Shown here: positions 49,833 through 55,500 of the stretch, one piece after another | Position numbering within the stretch: position 1 is the first letter of the stretch | How the letters are laid out: each line of letters begins with the position of its first letter | Origin: Chiloscyllium plagiosum | Lineage: Eukaryota | Direction of reading: 5' to 3' | DNA length: 55,500 nt | Assembly (NCBI RefSeq): GCF_004010195.1 | Contig: NC_057719.1 | Coordinates: forward strand, 9,064,333 to 9,119,832 | Made by a program: the position numbers and the translations under genes | The notes under the pieces: model-generated | Databases searched by the model: none | What the model was told of the DNA's origin: nothing | Seen by the model: the letters and a program-made list of their open reading frames with translations, nothing else

Positions 49833-50370
49833 GCTACCACACCGCCCTGTGGCCCAACATTTCAACTCCCCCTCCCACTCTGCCGAGGACATGGAGGTCC
49901 TGGGTCTCCTTCACCGCCGCTCCCTCACCACCAGACGCCTGGAGGAAGAACGCCTCATCTTCCGCCTCGGAACACTTCAACCCCAGGGCATCAATGTGGA
50001 CTTCAACAGTTTCTTCATTTCCCCTTCCCCCACCTCACCCCAGTTCCAAACTTCCAGCTCAGCACTGTCCCCATGACTTGTCCTACCTGCCTATCTTCTT
50101 TTCCACCTATCCACTCCACCCTCCTCCTTGACCTATCACCTTCATCCCCTCCCCCACTCGCCTATTGTACTCTATGCTACTTTCTCCCCACCCCCACCCT
50201 CCTCTAGCTTATCTCTCCACGCTTCAGGCTCTCTGCCTTTATTCCTGATGAAGGGCTTTTGCCCGAAACGTCGATTTTACTGCTCCTCGGATGCTGCCTG
50301 AACTGCTGTGCCCTTCCAGCACCACTAATCCAGAATCTGGTTTCCAGCATCTGCAGTCATTGTTTTTACC
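49833..50370 (+). mobile_element. Penelope-like element 3' end: GIY-YIG endonuclease C-terminus + terminal repeat
   Basis: RPVAQHFNSPSHSAEDMEVLGLLHRRSLTTRRLEEERLIFRLGTLQPQGINVDFN; inserted in a tRNA-SINE head. Confidence 0.9.
50223..50302 (+). ncRNA. Minimal hammerhead ribozyme in the PLE terminal repeat
   Basis: CTGATGA (50245-50251)-A-GGGC-TTTT-GCCC-GAAA-C-GTC (predicted cleavage after 50272); distal TTCAGGC/GCCTGAA pairing. Confidence 0.75.
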
Positions 50371-50879
50371 TATTAATCCAGAAGCTCAGCTAATGTTCTG
50401 GGGACCCAGGTTCAAAACCCACCATTGCCTACATCCCGATAAGGATGCTTTTTACAGTTTAGAGAATCCCTAACAGGACTGGAGAGATCAGAGACTAACC
50501 AACTGAGGCAAAGAAACAATTCTTCATCCAAAGGCAAGTGATCCTGTGGAATCGTCTACTACAGAATAAGTCACTGAATATATTCAAAAAAGAGATAGAT
50601 AAGCATCTATTTGAAAGGCATCTAGGCATATGGAGAGAAAGCAGGACTATGGCTTTGAGAGAGAGGAATAGGCTCAATGTGCTGAATGGTTTCTTCCTTC
50701 TCTTAGTGTCTGTGACTTAGTCGTAGAACAAAAAGCAGACCTCCAAAATGAACAAATAGTTCTAATGTAGACATTATCTTCAACGCTGCTTCTGCATTCA
50801 AAGCCTGGTAACAGAGTGAATGTCTGAGAAATTGTAGCTAACGGCAGTTAATATCAGGATAACGAGCGAGAAAATTATG

Positions 50880-51240
50880 AGTACAGTGTAGTTTTGGGCC
50901 CCATATCTAAGGAAGGATGTGCTGGCATTGGAGGGAGTCCAGAGGAGGTTTATATGAATAATCCCAGCGAGGAAGGGCTTGTCATGTGAGGTACAGTCAA
51001 GGACTTTGGGGTCTATATTTGATGGAGTTTTGAAGGATGAGGGGAGTTCTGAAACATGCTGAGAGGCCTGGACAGAGTGGATGTGGAGAAGAGGTCTTCT
51101 ACTAGTGGGAGAGATGAAGACCCAAAGACACAGGATTGAAGGGATGGCCCTTTAGAACTGAGATCAGGGGGACGTTCCACAGCTCGAGGGTGGTGAATCT
51201 GTGGAACTCATTGCGCAGAGAGCTGTGTAGGCCAAGTCAT
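50880..51240 (+). mobile_element. Old CR1 3' fragment
   Basis: FWAPYLRKDVLALEGVQRRF. Confidence 0.8.
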
Positions 51241-51547
51241 TTTTAATAAAATGTTGTATTTTGTGGTTTGGTCACTATACGATGGCAGTTCTTCCTGTTA
51301 ACTAGGGAACTCCTTGCCTTAGAGAGAGGACAATAAAGGTGTAGGAGACAGGGGCAGGGTGTTATCCTATGAAGTGGTTTGGAGTGGACCAGACCTATAT
51401 ACCCTGGAGTTTACAGGAATCAGAAGTCATCCTATTGGAACATATAAAATTCTTCCCAGGCATGACAGGGTATATACCAAAAAGGCATTTCTCCTGGCTG
51501 GCCAATTTAGAAAACACAATCTCTGAATATGGTGTTGGCCATTTAGT

Positions 51548-52065
51548 GTCATAGAGTCATAGAGATGTACACCATGGAAACAGACTCTTCATTCTAACTC
51601 GTCCATGCCAACCAGATATCCCAACCCAATCTAGTCTCATTTGTCAGCATTTCACCCATATCCCTCTCAACCCTTCCTATTCACACATCCATCGAGATAC
51701 CTTTTAAATGCTGTATATGTACCAGCCTCCACCACTTCCTCTGGCAGTTCATGCCTTACACATCACCCTCTATGTGAAAAAGTTTCCCCTTAGGTCTCTT
51801 TTATATCTTTCTCCTCTCACCCTAAACCTATGCCCTCTAGTTCTGGACTTCCCCACCCCAGGGAAAATACCTTATCTATTTACCCTATCCATGGCCCTCA
51901 TGATTTTATAAACCTCTATGAGGTCACCCCACAGCCTCCGATGCTCCAGGGAAATCAGCCCCCGTCTATTCAGCCTTTCCCTTATAGCTCAAACACTCCA
52001 ACCCTGGCAACATCCTGGTAAATCTTTTCTGAACCCTTTCAAGTTACACAACATTCTTCCAATAG
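51548..52065 (-). mobile_element. CR1 3' end
   Basis: (GTCATAGA)n tail and reverse-complement ORF2 C-terminus. Confidence 0.9.
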
Positions 52066-52461
52066 GGCAGAAACAGAGAGAAATTTCACTGATGGTAAAG
52101 TTGTGAACCTTCCTACACCTTGGAAAGGTCAATGCTCAATCATTGAGCATATTGAAGACAGAAGTGAATAGATGTTCGGCTACTGAGGGAATAGGTTGGG
52201 GTGCTGAGACTCGAACCAGCAAAAAACTCTTTCACATCACTCCTGATGAAGGAGCAGCATTCCAAAAGTGTGTGATTTTAACCCGGTGCCGTGTAACTTC
52301 TGACTTGCATCATTTCAAAGAATAGTTAAGTCAATCCCATCACTGTGGATCTGGAATCACCCAGAGGACAGTAGCTTTCTTTTACCAGGAGTAAGCCAGG
52401 GATGGTGATTTCACAGTAATCATTGGTAGCTTCATTGTCACTATAACTGAGACATGTTTGA

Positions 52462-53212
52462 CAGAGTCATAGAGTCACAGAGATGCACAGCATGGAAACA
52501 GACCCTTCGGTCCAACCCGTCCATGCCGACCAGATATCCCAACCCAATCTAGTCCCACCTGCCAGCACCCGGCCCATATCCCTCCAAACCCTTCCTATTC
52601 ATATACTCATCCAAATGCCACTTAAATATTGCAATTGTACCAGTCTCCACCACTTCCTCTGGTAGCTCATTCCATACACGTACCACACTCTGTGTGAAAA
52701 GGTTGCCTCTTAGGTCTATTTTCGATCTTTCCCCTCTCACCCTAAACCTATACCCTCTAGTTCTGGACTCCCCCACCCCAGGGAAAAGACTTTGCCTATT
52801 TACCCTATCCATGCCCCTCATAATTTTGTAAACCTCTCTAAGATCACCCCTCAGCCTCCGACGTTTCAGTGAAAACAGCCCCAGCCTGATCAGCCTCTCC
52901 CTATAGCTCAAATCCTCCAACACTGGCAACATCCTTGTAAATCTTTTCTGAACCCTTTCAAGTTTCACAACATCTTTCCGATAGGAAGGAGACCAGAATT
53001 ACATGGAATATTCCAACAGTGGCCGAACCAATGTCCTGTACAGCTGCAACATGACCTCCTAACACCAGTACTCAATACTCTGACCAATAAAGGAAAGCAT
53101 ACCAAACGCCTTCTTCACTATCCTATCTACCAGCGACTCCACTTTCAAAGAGTTATGAACCTGCATTCCAAGGTCTCTTTGTTCAGCAACACTCTCTAGG
53201 ATCTTACCATTA
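52462..53212 (-). mobile_element. Young CR1 3' end
   Basis: ORF 52549-52968 KLERVQKRFTRMLP...RRLRGDL...VWNELPEEVV. Confidence 0.95.
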
Positions 53213-53439
53213 TGTTGACTTGTTGAATTTAGGTTTCACCAGCTGCTGTGATAGTTCAAGATGGCAGCACAGTACGACACTCAGCTGGAGCTCGTCTGCT
53301 CGCCAGTTCATTTTCCTGATTTTTTCCTCCTCTTTGTAGCTTCTTTATTTCTACCCCACCACTGCCTCCAACATTTGACAGCTCTGCCTTACCAGGAGGG
53401 TGGAGCTGAGGGAATGGGTCACAGCTGAAGCCTGGGCAG

Positions 53440-55500
53440 GAGCAGAGTGCATGGGCCAAGACCCTTAGAGGAGCGAGCTTGGGACAAGACCAACCAAGGA
53501 GTGAGAACAGGCCGAGACATGCAGAGGAGTGAGCATGGGCTGAGACACACAGAGGAGTGAGAACGGGCCGAGACACACAGAGGAGTGAGAACAGGCCAAG
53601 ACACACAGAGGAGTGAGCATGGGCTGAGACACACAGAGGAGTGAGAACAGGCCGAGACACACAGAGGAGTGAGAACAGGCCGAGACACACAGAGGAGTGA
53701 GAACGGGCTGAGACACATAGAGGAGTGAGAACAGGCCGAGACACACAGAGGAGTGAGAACAGGCCGAGACACACAGAGGAGTGAGGACAGGCCGAGACAC
53801 ACGGAGGAGTGAGAACGGGCCGAGACACACAGAGGACTGAGGACAGGCGGAGACACACAGAGGAGTGAGAACAGGCCGAGACACACAGAGGAGTGAGGAC
53901 AGGCCGAGACACACAGAGGAGTGAGAATGGGCTGAGACACACAGAGGAGTGAGAACAGGCCGAGACACACAGAGGAGTGAGGACGGGCTGAGACACACAG
54001 AGGAGTGAGAACAGGCCGAGACACACAGAGGAGAGAGGACAGGCCGAGACACACAGAGGAGTGAGAACGGGCTGAGACACACAGAGGAGTGAGAAAAGGC
54101 CGAGACACACAGAGGAGTGAGAACGGGCTGAGACACACAGAGGAGTGAGCCAGGGCCGAGACACACAGAGGAGTGAGAACGGGCCGAGACACACAGAGGA
54201 GTGAGCCAGGGCTGAGACACACAGTGGAGTGAGCCAGGGCCGAGACACACAGAGGATTGAGAACAGGCTGAGACACACAGAGGAGTGAGAACAGGCCGAG
54301 ACACACAGAGGATTGAGCACGGGCTGAGACACACAGAGGAGTGAGAACGGGCTGAGACACACAGAGGAGTGAGAACACGCCGAGACACACAGAGGAGTGA
54401 GGACGGGCTGAGACACACAGAGGAGTGAGAACAGGCCGAGACACACAGAGGAGAGGGCATGGGCTGAGACACACAGAGGAGTGAGAACAGGCCGAGACAC
54501 ACAGAGGAGTGAGAACGGGCTGAGACACACAGAGGAGTGAGAACAGGCCGAGACACACAGAGGAGTGAGAACAGGCCGAGACACACAGAGGAGTGAGAAC
54601 AGGCCGAGACACACAGAGGAGTGAGAACAGGCCGAGACACACAGAGGAGTGAGAACAGGCCGAGACACACAGAGGAGTGAGAACAGGCCGAGACACACAG
54701 AGGAGTGAGAACAGGCCGAGACACACAGAGGAGTGAGAACAGGCCGAGACACACAGAGGAGTGAGAACAGGCCGAGACACACAGAGGAGTGAGAACAGGC
54801 CGAGACACACAGAGGAGTGAGAACGGGCTGAGACACACAGAGGAGTGAGAACAGGCCGAGACACACAGAGGATTGAGCACGGGCTGAGACACACAGAGGA
54901 GTGAGAACAGGCCGAGACACACAGAGGATTGAGCACGGGCTGAGACACACAGAGGAGTGAGAACAGGCCGAGACACACAGAGGATTGAGCACGGGCTGAG
55001 ACACACAGAGGAGTGAGAACAGGCCGAGACACACAGAGGATTGAGCACGGGCTGAGACACACAGAGGAGTGAGAACAGGCCGAGACACACAGAGGATTGA
55101 GCACGGGCTGAGACACACAGAGGAGTGAGAACAGGCCGAGACACACAGAGGATTGAGCACGGGCTGAGACACACAGAGGAGTGAGAACAGGCCGAGACAC
55201 ACAGAGGATTGAGCACGGGCTGAGACACACAGAGGAGTGAGAACAGGCCGAGACACACAGAGGATTGAGCACGGGCTGAGACACACAGAGGAGTGAGAAC
55301 AGGCCGAGACACACAGAGGATTGAGCACGGGCTGAGACACACAGAGGAGTGAGAACAGGCCGAGACACACAGAGGATTGAGCACGGGCTGAGACACACAG
55401 AGGAGTGAGAACAGGCCGAGACACACAGAGGATTGAGCACGGGCTGAGACACACAGAGGAGTGAGAACAGGCCGAGACACACAGAGGAGTGAGAACGGGC
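53440..55500. repeat. 28-bp satellite with 56-bp higher-order repeat, runs off the window end
   Basis: Monomer GAGTGAGAACAGGCCGAGACACACAGAG; from about 54845 it alternates with GATTGAGCACGGGCTGAGACACACAGAG. Confidence 0.97.

Noticed and set aside
53392..53450. CSCPGFSCD peptide resembling neurexin EGF3 (GFSCDC), followed by a GTAAGG donor
   Set aside because: The other EGF cysteines and the QQW motif are missing, and it lies at the decayed satellite edge; most likely chance.
53256..55482. Three ORFs of 671-732 aa on the minus strand
   Set aside because: They are translations of a stop-free 28-bp satellite, giving the same peptide in all frames.

Overview
Eukaryotic, repeat-dense vertebrate DNA, almost certainly from a shark. 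The evidence is HE1-type tRNA SINEs with CR1/HER1 partner LINEs, Deu-domain SINEs, Penelope-like elements (PLEs), an RTE fragment, Tigger-type MITEs, solo LTRs and satellites. The one host coding exon I can recognise is the beta-specific first exon of a neurexin gene on the minus strand (33673-33439). It encodes a signal peptide plus the His-rich motif [27 protein letters not shown] and ends at a phase-1 GT donor. It is closest to NRXN3-beta but diverged, so it could be a fourth 2R paralogue. Its GC-rich promoter/5' leader contains two chained uORFs and a G-quadruplex-prone tract. Everything below 33439 is probably beta intron 1, since no LNS6 exon is visible. The most striking non-coding signal is a set of short, often palindromic PLE-derived inserts carrying minimal hammerhead-ribozyme cores (CUGANGA-stem-GAAA-C-GUH). 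These include a 91-bp insert with a 13-bp TSD and an intact core in the sense orientation of the neurexin intron. The window ends in a 28-bp satellite with a 56-bp higher-order repeat, and its long ORFs are artefacts. Repeat boundaries are approximate unless TSDs or TIRs are quoted.
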